Assembly: GCA_045580105.1 (NCBI GenBank)
Contig: JAZNNH010000036.1
Location: forward strand, 1 to 50,085
Direction: 5' to 3'
Source of the DNA: Eubacteriales bacterium
GTDB taxonomy: Bacteria > Bacillota > Clostridia > Oscillospirales > SIG627
Length of the DNA stretch: 50,085 nucleotides
Shown piece after piece: positions 1 to 9,124 of this stretch. Each line of letters starts with the position of its first letter. Position 1 is the stretch's first letter. The notes under the pieces are model-generated. The model was not told the DNA's origin, searched no databases, and worked only from the letters and a program-made list of their open reading frames with translations. The translations under genes were made by a program, and so were the position numbers.

Positions 1-387
1 CAAAATCCGCTCGGGCATCTCGGTGGGGGAGGCGGGAATCGTATCTTCCAGCTCGGTCAGATCCGTCGGCTGTCCTCTGTCGTGCAGTTTGCGCACGCCG
101 TCGATCAAAGCGGAACGGATGCAAACGCGGGCGAAAGTACCAAAAGAGGAGAGGGCGGGATCAAAGAGCCGCACGGCCTTATAAAGACCGATCAAACCCT
201 CCTGCACCAAATCTTCTTCCTCAGTACAAGGAACGGACAAGGGTGCGATCAAGGCATAAATGACCGGCAAAAAATGGGCAACAAGCTGAGAAAAGCTTTC
301 TTCTTTTCCCAAAGCAGCATCGTTTGCCAAGGCACCAAGAAAATCTTCTTCCTGTTTGCAAGGGGACATTTTCCGGTTTTCCGTCAT
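1..387 (-). CDS. Sigma-70 family RNA polymerase sigma factor, SigH-like (3' end runs off the window)
   Basis: Not in the ORF track. Manual translation from ATG 387 (RBS GAGGT): MTENRK...EEDLVQEGLIGLYKAVRLFD...FGTFARVCIRSALID, the sigma region 2 motif DLxQEGxIGLxKA. Open to the window edge. Confidence 0.85.
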   Translation of the reverse strand, partial: MTENRKMSPCKQEEDFLGALANDAALGKEESFSQLVAHFLPVIYALIAPLSVPCTEEEDLVQEGLIGLYKAVRLFDPALSSFGTFARVCIRSALIDGVRKLHDRGQPTDLTELEDTIPASPTEMPERIL

Positions 388-418
388 AGATACCTCTTTT
401 GATTACTACCTACGATGC

Positions 419-447
419 ATTATAGCATCTTCGGAAAAATATGTCAA
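419..447 (-). promoter_or_regulatory. Consensus sigma-A promoter for the sigma factor gene
   Basis: Minus strand TTGACA (447-442), 17 nt spacer, TATAAT (424-419) with an extended TG. Confidence 0.8.
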
Positions 448-568
448 GCATTTTAATAAAAATTATATGATTTGCAAAATTTTTTGTTGAATTTTCTTTA
501 CTTTAACAAAATTGTTGGTTTTTGGCGAATCGTCAGACGGCTTGAAAAAAACGGTCGAAAACGGCTTT

Positions 569-2020
569 CTATCGAATGACTTTGGTCAAAACGGCGTGAA
601 CGGCGAAACGGTTATCCGTGGCGGTTTCGTTTTCCATACAGGTGGAAAGCGTGATGATTTGACTGTTTTTGTTGAATTTATATTCTGTTTCAAACAGGGA
701 AATGAACGCCATTTGCTCGCAAAAGTCGAGAAAATCGTCGTCGGAAACAAAGTCGGTTTCAAAATAATTGTCAAAGGCATTGGAGCTGTGCACGGAGAAG
801 GGGGAATAAACGAAGATGCCGTCTTTGGTGGCAATTTCGATTTTCGTTCCGTAGAAGACCGAGGCGTTGGCAAAATCGTGAATGGAAGCAAACATACTTC
901 CGTCGGACATATTGTGTCCGTAGATGACGGTGTTGCGGTTTTTCGTCGGATCCGGATTGTTTCTTTCGTCGATGAAGATAGCACCGCCGGACAAGGTTTT
1001 TCCGTAAAAATCGCGATGCAGATAGTAATTGCGCTTTTCCGACCAAACGAGGGGGTAATTGACCACCGTGCCGTTAATGGTGATCCAGCCCGCTGTGTCG
1101 GGGTTGATTTTTTTCAGTTGCGCGATTTTACCCACAAGGGTTGCTTGCTCTTGGGTAAAGGTGCCGGAAACGTCACTGCCCTCCGGTGTTTTGCCCTCTA
1201 AAATTTCTGCGGGGGTGATGGTGTCTAAACTGACGCTTGTTTTTTTCAAATATTCCGAGGCAAAGAAGTCTTCCTTGGCTACCATTTCCTGCAGACCGGA
1301 ATAAACCACGTAAGCGCGGTAATAGTCAAAGAGCTTTTGAAAGACGAAAAAGCCGGCGGAGAAAAAGCCGAAAATGCAAACGAAGAGGATCGCATAGCGA
1401 ACGGTGTCCGCAACGGAAAGGCGCTTCTTCTGATTCTTTTTCGGGTCGAGATACACGCCGTACATACCGTCCAGAGAGGCCTTGACGGCGTCCTGCAAGG
1501 TTTGGGTGGTGGTGATTTGGTCCATTTGGCGCACGGCTTTGCCGTGTGTTTTTTTGCGCTTGCCAAACAGGGAGAGCTTGGGTTCCGACTTTGTTTCTTT
1601 CCCTTTTTCTTTTTTCTCTTCGGTGCGCAAAAAGGATGCCAAGGTTTCTCGATCCAGATCCAAGGTTTGGTTGACTTGGGGCAGGGGAAGATCGGTCGCG
1701 GTGTCGTTGTTACGCTTGGGGCGTTGGGGCAGAAGTCCGCTCTCACGCGGCTTGTTTGACTCCTGCCCTTGCAAGGCAGGAGCGCTTTCTTGTTTCTTCT
1801 CACCTGCTTCTTCCGAGAGGGGGGGAGCTTGTTTTTCGGATTTCTTTTCCTCTTTGCCCAGCAGATCGCGCTTTGCAATCCGACGAGTTTTCGGCGCGGG
1901 ATGAGAAACCGGCACCTGCTCCGGTTTCTTTTCTTCTACTATTTCGGAATCGTCCCAGAGGAAAATGTCGTGGGTGAATTCCTCGTGCCGGGAATTGTTT
2001 TTCTTATTGTTTCCGAACAT
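569..2020 (-). CDS. srtB: Class B sortase with long charged N-terminal extension
   Basis: GWITINGTVVNYP, YGHNMSDGSMF (His), TLSTC (Cys), downstream Arg (DNRF); TM anchor near residue 210; RBS AGGAGG. Confidence 0.85.
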   Translation of the reverse strand: MFGNNKKNNSRHEEFTHDIFLWDDSEIVEEKKPEQVPVSHPAPKTRRIAKRDLLGKEEKKSEKQAPPLSEEAGEKKQESAPALQGQESNKPRESGLLPQRPKRNNDTATDLPLPQVNQTLDLDRETLASFLRTEEKKEKGKETKSEPKLSLFGKRKKTHGKAVRQMDQITTTQTLQDAVKASLDGMYGVYLDPKKNQKKRLSVADTVRYAILFVCIFGFFSAGFFVFQKLFDYYRAYVVYSGLQEMVAKEDFFASEYLKKTSVSLDTITPAEILEGKTPEGSDVSGTFTQEQATLVGKIAQLKKINPDTAGWITINGTVVNYPLVWSEKRNYYLHRDFYGKTLSGGAIFIDERNNPDPTKNRNTVIYGHNMSDGSMFASIHDFANASVFYGTKIEIATKDGIFVYSPFSVHSSNAFDNYFETDFVSDDDFLDFCEQMAFISLFETEYKFNKNSQIITLSTCMENETATDNRFAVHAVLTKVIR

Positions 2021-2054
2021 AGCCGGCCTCCTTTTTTGTTTTGAAACGGCGAAC

Positions 2055-4322
2055 TTATCGCCAAAACGTTTCCAGTTCTCTTTTTAATTGGGCGTCGCGT
2101 TCCAAATGAACGGCGTCTTCCCAGCTTTCGGGAAAGAGTTCTTTGACATCTTCCCCCATGTATCGTGTATCACAAAGAATGATAAAACCGCGGTCGTTTT
2201 CGTCACGAATCACGCGCCCTGCCGCTTGCAGTACGCGGCTCCAACCGGGTAAGGTGTAAGCAAAGCTTTTTCCGTCCAGCTCCCGATTGCAGTATGCGGT
2301 GCATTCCGCTTGGGCTTCGGGGGAGGGCGGCGGAAATCCGGTTCCCACGATGATCTCTCCGCAAAGGGAATCGCCTTTTAAGTCCACACCCTCGGAGAAG
2401 ATTCCTCCCATGACGCAAAATCCGATCAGGGTTCCTTTGCGGTTTTGTTCGAAGGTTTTGAGAAATTCGGCTCGTTTTTTTGCGGTCATCACTTTCTCCT
2501 GCACCAGAATTCGATGCTCGAAGAAGCGGCGTTTATATTCCTGAGAAACCAGATTTAAGTATTCAAACGAGGGCAAAAACACCATGTAATTTCCCGGCTT
2601 GGAAGAAACGGCACTGTGAATGATGCTGCAGATCTGCGGGGAGGTAACGTAACGCTGACTGTGAGATACGTCCACGCGGCAGATGCCCACGAACAGATGC
2701 TCGCGCGGGAAGGGGGAGGGAAGGTTTAAAAAGACGTCACCGTCTTCTCCCGCCAACATTTCAAAATAATAATCGCGCGGCAGGAGTGTGGCGGAGAAAA
2801 ACACGCACGTTTTCCAATTTTGTACCGCGCTGCGGATTTTTTCCTTGGGGTCGACAAGATAGATGCGCACGCCTCCCTCAGGGGGATAAATCGTGGCGAA
2901 ATCATCTTTGAAAATCCGGCAGAGCGAAACGAATTTTTTCAGTTTCCGATACAGCGCCTTTAAGTTCTGTTCCGTTTGCTCGGACGGGGTTCCGAACCCG
3001 GCTTGGAGGGCAAAGCCAACCTTTGGCAGCAAGGCGGCCGCCGCAGTTTTGATCTCCTCCCTTAGGGTGAAAGAAAAGTATTCTTTGCTTTCGTTTCGTT
3101 CCTTTTCGATTCGGGTGAAAAGGGCGGTTAAAGGGGCGAAATGCTCCCGAAGCATTTGCGAGGGCGGGGTGGGATCGCGGAAAAAGAAATCCAAATCCTG
3201 CGGGCAGAGGGTTTCCGTAAAGCTTTCCCGCATGCGTGCGGGCAGGTTGTGTGCCTCGTCAACGAGAAGTATGGCGTTCTTTTTCGGCTTGAAAATGGCA
3301 CGGTTGGGATCGAAAACGTGATTGTAGTCACAGATGATCACCTGACAGTATTGCTGCATTTTTCGAGCCAATTCAAACGGGCACACGGAAAAACGCCTTG
3401 CCGCGTCAAGCAGTTCCTTTTCGGCAATGCAGGAAAACGAACAAAGATAGGAAAGCGCCTCGGGAAGCTTGGTTTCCAACTGCTCCGAATAACGGCACAG
3501 CCCTTTTTGACACTCTTCCTGCTTTTCGGGACAAAGGGACATTCTGGCACCCATAACCAGCGTGCGCAGACCGCGGATCTCCTGCAGACTTTCCACTGCA
3601 CTTGCCGCTTGCAGCTTCAAAGTGTTTTTCGGAGAGGCGTAAAACACTTTTTCGGCTTTTCGGGTTTCCAGTGCGCGCAGTGCAGGATACAGCACCGCCA
3701 TGGTTTTACCGATACCGGTGGGTGCACAGGCAAAGAGCTTGGTTTCCGTTTTGATGGCATCCCAAACCGCGTGGATTAACTTTTTTTGTCCGTCCCGCAA
3801 GGACGGATAGGGGAAGGTGATTTTAACGTCCGGTTTTTCCCAAAGCGGACAAAGGGAAAGAATGGTCTGAATGGGCGCGGCGAGCGCGGCCGACAGCGCT
3901 CCCTTTTCCAGCAGATGCTCTTCCATTTCCATTCTGCCTTCGGCAAAGACACAAAGGAGAATCTTGACGCGATCCAGACCCTTGGTGTTGGCAAGAGCCA
4001 GAGCAAGAAATTGAGCACGCTGTAAAACGCGTTTGCGCCACAGGGAAAAGGATACCATCCGATCCAAAAGAATCTGCTCTTCCACGGTGAAAGGATGGTG
4101 CTCGGAGCCGGGATGTACAAAATCCGCTTGACCCGTGATATGTAACTGAACTTCGCTGCTGCAAAGATTGAGGGTGAGAGGGACGCCCGGAAACGAATGT
4201 TCTTCTTGTCCGAAAAAAGAAGTGCGCAAGGCGGAATCGGGTTTTTGCTTTTTGCCGGTCAGCTTTTCCTCCAACGGACAGATCAAATCCAGCACTTCGT
4301 CCAGATTCAGATTCAGTTCCAT
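2055..4322 (-). CDS. ATP-dependent DNA helicase, DinG/XPD/Rad3 family (Fe-S)
   Basis: Q motif RDGQ, Walker A APTGIGKT, Fe-S Cys cluster (CPEKQEEC...C...CPF), DEAH, SATL, SEGVD, QAAGRVIR. Confidence 0.9.
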   Translation of the reverse strand: MELNLNLDEVLDLICPLEEKLTGKKQKPDSALRTSFFGQEEHSFPGVPLTLNLCSSEVQLHITGQADFVHPGSEHHPFTVEEQILLDRMVSFSLWRKRVLQRAQFLALALANTKGLDRVKILLCVFAEGRMEMEEHLLEKGALSAALAAPIQTILSLCPLWEKPDVKITFPYPSLRDGQKKLIHAVWDAIKTETKLFACAPTGIGKTMAVLYPALRALETRKAEKVFYASPKNTLKLQAASAVESLQEIRGLRTLVMGARMSLCPEKQEECQKGLCRYSEQLETKLPEALSYLCSFSCIAEKELLDAARRFSVCPFELARKMQQYCQVIICDYNHVFDPNRAIFKPKKNAILLVDEAHNLPARMRESFTETLCPQDLDFFFRDPTPPSQMLREHFAPLTALFTRIEKERNESKEYFSFTLREEIKTAAAALLPKVGFALQAGFGTPSEQTEQNLKALYRKLKKFVSLCRIFKDDFATIYPPEGGVRIYLVDPKEKIRSAVQNWKTCVFFSATLLPRDYYFEMLAGEDGDVFLNLPSPFPREHLFVGICRVDVSHSQRYVTSPQICSIIHSAVSSKPGNYMVFLPSFEYLNLVSQEYKRRFFEHRILVQEKVMTAKKRAEFLKTFEQNRKGTLIGFCVMGGIFSEGVDLKGDSLCGEIIVGTGFPPPSPEAQAECTAYCNRELDGKSFAYTLPGWSRVLQAAGRVIRDENDRGFIILCDTRYMGEDVKELFPESWEDAVHLERDAQLKRELETFWR

Positions 4323-4771
4323 TCTTTTTCCTCCTCTCCGAATACGATTTCCATCAGCGCCAGCGTAAAGCCGACTGCCAAATTTTTGTAAAGACTGACC
4401 CTACGGTCAAAATAAAACGGTTTTTCAAAGGGGGCGATCCACTGCCCCGCAAATCGAATCTCTTGTTGCAGACAGAGCATGGCACGGTTTTCGCGGATGC
4501 TGGATAAAGTGACGTGGTCTGCCAGATTCATCCCTCCGGTCAGGATCTGACCGGTGGTGCCGAGCCGTGGCATGGGAGCGGTGCCCGGAATCAGATACAG
4601 CTTTGCCTTGACGTTTCGGGGAAGATAACTGCGATCGGAAACGAAAAGGTCGTACGTTTCGCCAGACGCGGCTTGTTCCAAAGAAACGGCGCGGCGAAAA
4701 AAGCGGTTTGCCAAACGCTTTTGCAATAACTGCTCCAAAATGGGAAACGGCTCCGACAGCGCGACTCTCAT
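4313..4771 (-). CDS. Hypothetical protein
   Basis: ATG 4771 with RBS GAGGA; overlaps the helicase start. Weak resemblance to a Mur-ligase middle-domain fragment (VTLSSI...LCLQQEI), not established. Confidence 0.6.
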   Translation of the reverse strand: MRVALSEPFPILEQLLQKRLANRFFRRAVSLEQAASGETYDLFVSDRSYLPRNVKAKLYLIPGTAPMPRLGTTGQILTGGMNLADHVTLSSIRENRAMLCLQQEIRFAGQWIAPFEKPFYFDRRVSLYKNLAVGFTLALMEIVFGEEEKEWN

Positions 4772-4837
4772 AAACGATTCCTCACTTATGCTTGATTTTT
4801 TTAGTATGACCCGAAAAAAATCAAACATACGAAAAAA

Positions 4838-5434
4838 TTAAGCGTTTGAGGACTGATAGGCAGCTACGGTCGTTTCAATGAGATTCCAAACCTGTTCCAC
4901 TCCTTCTCCCGTGAGGGAAGAAAACGGAAAAACAGGAACGGGGAACATGGCATCTTCCAGTTCTTTTAAATTCTTTTGTTGATTGGTTTTGTTGAGTTTA
5001 TCCAGCTTCGTGGCGACTACGATGAAAGGGATTCCGACCTCTTGCAAAAAGGAGATCATCATTTCGTCGTCGCGGCTGGGGCCGGTTTTCAAATCGATCA
5101 ATTGCAGAACCAGCGCAAGGTTTTCGTGATTTTGAAAATAGGAATCGGTCAAAGAAGACCACGCGCGCTTTTCTTTTTCACTGCGCCTTGCAAATCCGTA
5201 ACCGGGAAGATCCACCAGATAACACTGACCGTCTAAATCAAAGAAATTGATGGTGACGGTTTTTCCCGGTGAGGAGGAAACTCTCGCCAGTTTTTTTCTT
5301 CCGAGAAGTTGGTTGAGAGCAGAGCTTTTTCCGACGTTACTGCGGCCGGAAAAGGCGATCTGACAGCGTCCGTCCCGAAGAATCTGATCGCGTCTTCCGG
5401 CGGAAATTTTCAGGGTGATATTGTGTTTGTTCAT
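4838..5434 (-). CDS. engB: Ribosome biogenesis GTPase YihA/YsxC
   Basis: GRSNVGKSS, PGKT, DLPGYG, TKLDK; directly after lon. Confidence 0.95.
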   Translation of the reverse strand: MNKHNITLKISAGRRDQILRDGRCQIAFSGRSNVGKSSALNQLLGRKKLARVSSSPGKTVTINFFDLDGQCYLVDLPGYGFARRSEKEKRAWSSLTDSYFQNHENLALVLQLIDLKTGPSRDDEMMISFLQEVGIPFIVVATKLDKLNKTNQQKNLKELEDAMFPVPVFPFSSLTGEGVEQVWNLIETTVAAYQSSNA

Positions 5435-7770
5435 CAGTTCAAAAGCGCGACGCGCAAAACATCGTCAATGCTGCTGCAGGGAATAAACTCGATGCATTCC
5501 AATGCTTTGGGGTCCACTTCCTCCAGGTCTTTTTCGTTGTCTTTGGGGATGCAAACGGTGCGGATGCCCGCGCGCAGAGCCGCGCCTGCCTTTTCGCGCA
5601 AACCGCCGATGGCAAGCACGTTTCCGTGAAGTGTAATCTCGCCCGTCATCGCCACGTCCCCGCGGACCTTCTTTCCGCTCAAGAGCGAGGCAAGGCAGGT
5701 GACCAGCGTCACGCCGGCACTGGGGCCGTCCTTGGGGATGGCGCCTTCCGGCAGGTGAATGTGAAGATCGCAGTTTTTATAAAACTCGGGATCGGTAATT
5801 CCCAGTTTTTCGCCTTTGGCGCGGATCAGGGAGATGGCGGCTTTTGCCGATTCTTTCATCACGTCGCCCAGACTTCCCGTCAATTCCAATTTTCCTGATC
5901 CGGGCAGTGCCAGCGCTTCCACCTCCAGCATTTCACCGCCCATCATCGTCCAGGCAAGGCCGTTGACCACGCCCACCCGATCGGGTAGGTTTTTCTTTTC
6001 GGGCAGATATTTTTCTTTGCCCAAAAATTCGACCAGATTCTTTTCCGTAATGCTCACGCACGCTGCGCCGCCAACGAGCTCTTTTGCGCATTTGCGGCAG
6101 ATTCGGGCGATCTCACGTTCCAATTTTCTTACGCCCTGTTCTCGGGTGTAGGAACGAATGATCTTGCGCAGTGCCCCTTGGCTGATGCGAAGCTGTTTTG
6201 CTTCGATGCCGTGCTCTTTCTTTTGCTTGGGAATCAGATGATTCTTGGCAATGGCGCATTTTTCACTTTCCGTATATCCGTTGATGTGAATGATTTCCAT
6301 ACGGTCCAAAAGCGCAGGGGGAATGGTTGCGGTATCGTTTGCGGTGGCAAGGAACATACAAGAGGAAAGATCCACCGGCAGTTCCACGAAATGATCTCGG
6401 AACGCGTGGTTTTGAGCCGAATCCAGCACCTCCAGAAGGGCGGAGGAGGGATCGCCGTGAGAATCTCTTGTCAGTTTGTCGATTTCATCCAGCGTGATCA
6501 GGGGGTTCATAGAGCCCGCCTGTGTCAAAGCGGTGATGATGCGACCGGGCATCGCGCCGATATAGGTTTTTCGGTGACCGCGAATGTCCGCTTCATCGCG
6601 CACGCCGCCTAAGGAAACGCGCACGTATTTTCTGCCCAGTGCCTCGGCAATGGAGGAGGCAACGCTGGTTTTTCCGACGCCGGGTGCGCCGACCAAACAC
6701 AGGATTTGACCTTGCACGTTTTTGCGCAAGAGGCCTGCGGCAAGAAATTCGAGAATGCGCTCTTTTACTTTTTCCAGACCATCGTGGTCGCGATTGAGAA
6801 TGCGCTCGGCTTCTTCCAGCGAAAGGCGATCCTGCGTGTACGTTTTCCACGGAATTTCAAGGCAGGTTTCAATGTAATTGCGAAGCAGGGCGGATTCGGA
6901 AGAGCCGAAGGGCATATGACGGATCTTCTTTGCCTGCGCAGTCAGTTTTTCACCAATGGCCTCGGGCAGCTCCGCTTTTTCGATGCGGCCGAGAAGATCT
7001 TCTTCGTCCGGATCCGCACTGCCGTCCGGCGCGCCGGAAATTTCGGCTTGAATGACGCGAAGCTGTTCTCTCAAATACGCCTCGCGCTGTTGATCGTCCA
7101 TTTGACGCTGAACTTTTCTTGCCAAGCGGTTCTCCAGCTTTGCGACCTGAAGCTCGCGCTCCAGAATCTCTTTGACGGTCAGGGCGCGTTTGATAGGGTC
7201 CGTTTCCGCCAGAACCTGCATTTTATCTTCCGTTCGGCGCAGAATATTGGCAGCGACGTAGTCGGATAAAAATCCCGGGTCTTCAATGCTTTGAAGGGCA
7301 CCGGTCACTTCCGGGCTGAGCTTGGGCAGAAACGCCGCCAGATCCTCCACGCTGTGCAGCACACTGCGCCGATAAGCATCGGCGGTGATGTCGTCCGACA
7401 GGGAAACGTCCTTGCGCATCACCTCGGCCGTGAGGGCACCGGATTCGAGGCGGAAGAGATTGATCACTTCACCGCGGGCAAGCCCCTCGGTGATGATGCG
7501 ATAGCTTTGGTCAGGAAGCTTGATGGACTGCTTGATCCGTGAGATGACACCCACTTTGTGAAGATCTGCCGGCTCGGGAATTTCCACCTGAGCATCCTTT
7601 TGCGTAACAAGAAAAATCAGACCGTCGGCGTTCAAAGCCATTTGCGTGGCTTTGACGGTTTGGGGTCTTGCCACTTCGAAGCTGGTGTCGATTCCGGGGA
7701 AGACCACAAGACCTCGCAGGGCAATGACAGGCAGTGCCACGCGGTCGAGTTTTTCGGTATAATAAGACAT
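5434..7770 (-). CDS. lon: Lon protease (endopeptidase La)
   Basis: Lon N-domain (LPVIALRGLVVFP), Walker A GAPGVGKT, LDEIDK, PKDGPSAG catalytic Ser, GGLREK; start moved to ATG 7770 (RBS AAGGA). Confidence 0.95.
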   Translation of the reverse strand: MSYYTEKLDRVALPVIALRGLVVFPGIDTSFEVARPQTVKATQMALNADGLIFLVTQKDAQVEIPEPADLHKVGVISRIKQSIKLPDQSYRIITEGLARGEVINLFRLESGALTAEVMRKDVSLSDDITADAYRRSVLHSVEDLAAFLPKLSPEVTGALQSIEDPGFLSDYVAANILRRTEDKMQVLAETDPIKRALTVKEILERELQVAKLENRLARKVQRQMDDQQREAYLREQLRVIQAEISGAPDGSADPDEEDLLGRIEKAELPEAIGEKLTAQAKKIRHMPFGSSESALLRNYIETCLEIPWKTYTQDRLSLEEAERILNRDHDGLEKVKERILEFLAAGLLRKNVQGQILCLVGAPGVGKTSVASSIAEALGRKYVRVSLGGVRDEADIRGHRKTYIGAMPGRIITALTQAGSMNPLITLDEIDKLTRDSHGDPSSALLEVLDSAQNHAFRDHFVELPVDLSSCMFLATANDTATIPPALLDRMEIIHINGYTESEKCAIAKNHLIPKQKKEHGIEAKQLRISQGALRKIIRSYTREQGVRKLEREIARICRKCAKELVGGAACVSITEKNLVEFLGKEKYLPEKKNLPDRVGVVNGLAWTMMGGEMLEVEALALPGSGKLELTGSLGDVMKESAKAAISLIRAKGEKLGITDPEFYKNCDLHIHLPEGAIPKDGPSAGVTLVTCLASLLSGKKVRGDVAMTGEITLHGNVLAIGGLREKAGAALRAGIRTVCIPKDNEKDLEEVDPKALECIEFIPCSSIDDVLRVALLN

Positions 7771-7986
7771 GGTGTTGGGGGATTCCTTTCGATTTGGTAT
7801 TGCTTTTAGGGTACAAAAACCCATCATCAAACCAATATAACACATTGTTTCAAAAAAAGAAATGTTTTTCTGCCATTTTTTCAAAAAATATCGCAAAAAA
7901 TGTGTTTTGCTTTGCTTCCTTTCCGAAAATATGCTACAATACTGATTCAGGGACACGAACCAATGGAAAAAAGACAGGAGAACGTG

Positions 7987-9015
7987 ATGAATTCAGAAAA
8001 GCTTGAAGCGGTCGCCGGCGTACAAGGCGGCGACTTGGAACGGTTTCCGTTTCCGGTGATTTCGGTCGATCCGGATTTTGAACTGCTGGAGCGAAACCGT
8101 TTGGCACAAAAGCTTCTGTTGCCGCCTTGGCAACTGCGGCGGTATTTAAAAGAGCTACGGAAAAAGGGATGCAAAGAGCGCTTTTTTGTTTCGAGCTTGG
8201 AAAACAGGAGCTATTTTGTGGCGTTGTTGTCCCGTCCGAGTGGATATTGGATCGCATTTTTGGAAAATTTGTTTTATTTTTACGAGCCGCTGACGCGCCC
8301 CTTGCTCGGAGAAGGGGTGGAGCTGATGGGGCAGTGGCAGGATCGCGAGCGGTTTTCCGCCGATCTCTTCGGGCAAGAAAAGCACCGTGCTCTTTCGGAT
8401 CGGATCACGGCCCGCACCTGTCGATTGCGCGAGCAAATGTCTATGCTTCACCGACTCTTATCCCTTTCGGGCAGAGCGTGGCAAGAACCCTGTTGGTGCG
8501 ACGTTGCGGGACTCATCCGAATTCTGCAGAGAAAACTGAAGGAGCATCGGATTACCTTGGAATTGGATTCGACCGCACAAGGAAGCTGTCCCGTTTCTCC
8601 GGAAGCCTTGATTGCCGCCGTGGTGAATCTGGTTCAGTTTGTTTTGGTGTATGAAGGAGAATCCCATTTGCACCTTTGTCAGGATCGCGGGGAAACAACG
8701 CAGGTGTTGCACGTTTCGTTCCGGGAACGGGAGGGACTGTTTTCGGACTTTTCCAAGCTTTTCGAAAGCGTTGGAACGGGAAAGGAACTGCCGGGAGTGA
8801 TCGGGCTTGCGCCACTGTTTTCGGCGATGATCCTTTGCCGTGAAAACGGCATGAAAATGGAACTTTTTTCGGATGGCGACGTGGGACGGATCGACCTGAT
8901 TTTGCCAAACGGAAAAGATTATGACGTGCAGTTTTTGGGCACCAAACTCGGAAAAGAAGAAGCGATGGCGGAAGCGTGGATTCGCCAAATTCTGTTTCCG
9001 TATGCGCAGGGGTAG
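7987..9015 (+). CDS. Hypothetical protein resembling a degenerate PAS + histidine-kinase-like protein
   Basis: RBS AGGAG before ATG 7987; PAS-like start (FPFPVISVDPDFELLERN); N-box-like LIAAVVNLVQ; no canonical H-box or DxG box. Confidence 0.55.
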   Translation: MNSEKLEAVAGVQGGDLERFPFPVISVDPDFELLERNRLAQKLLLPPWQLRRYLKELRKKGCKERFFVSSLENRSYFVALLSRPSGYWIAFLENLFYFYEPLTRPLLGEGVELMGQWQDRERFSADLFGQEKHRALSDRITARTCRLREQMSMLHRLLSLSGRAWQEPCWCDVAGLIRILQRKLKEHRITLELDSTAQGSCPVSPEALIAAVVNLVQFVLVYEGESHLHLCQDRGETTQVLHVSFREREGLFSDFSKLFESVGTGKELPGVIGLAPLFSAMILCRENGMKMELFSDGDVGRIDLILPNGKDYDVQFLGTKLGKEEAMAEAWIRQILFPYAQG

Positions 9016-9124
9016 GCGCGCATTATTTGTTGAAAAATCCGATCGAATATTTTCTTGTCAAAACACTTTGTTTTGAGGTATACTAAAAGGGAAAGGACCG
9101 TTCGCCGGTAAAGGAGGAATGCTT

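Noticed and set aside
7771-7956. N-terminal extension of Lon (840 aa ORF)
   Set aside because: AT-rich divergent promoter region; the Lon domain and RBS support ATG 7770.
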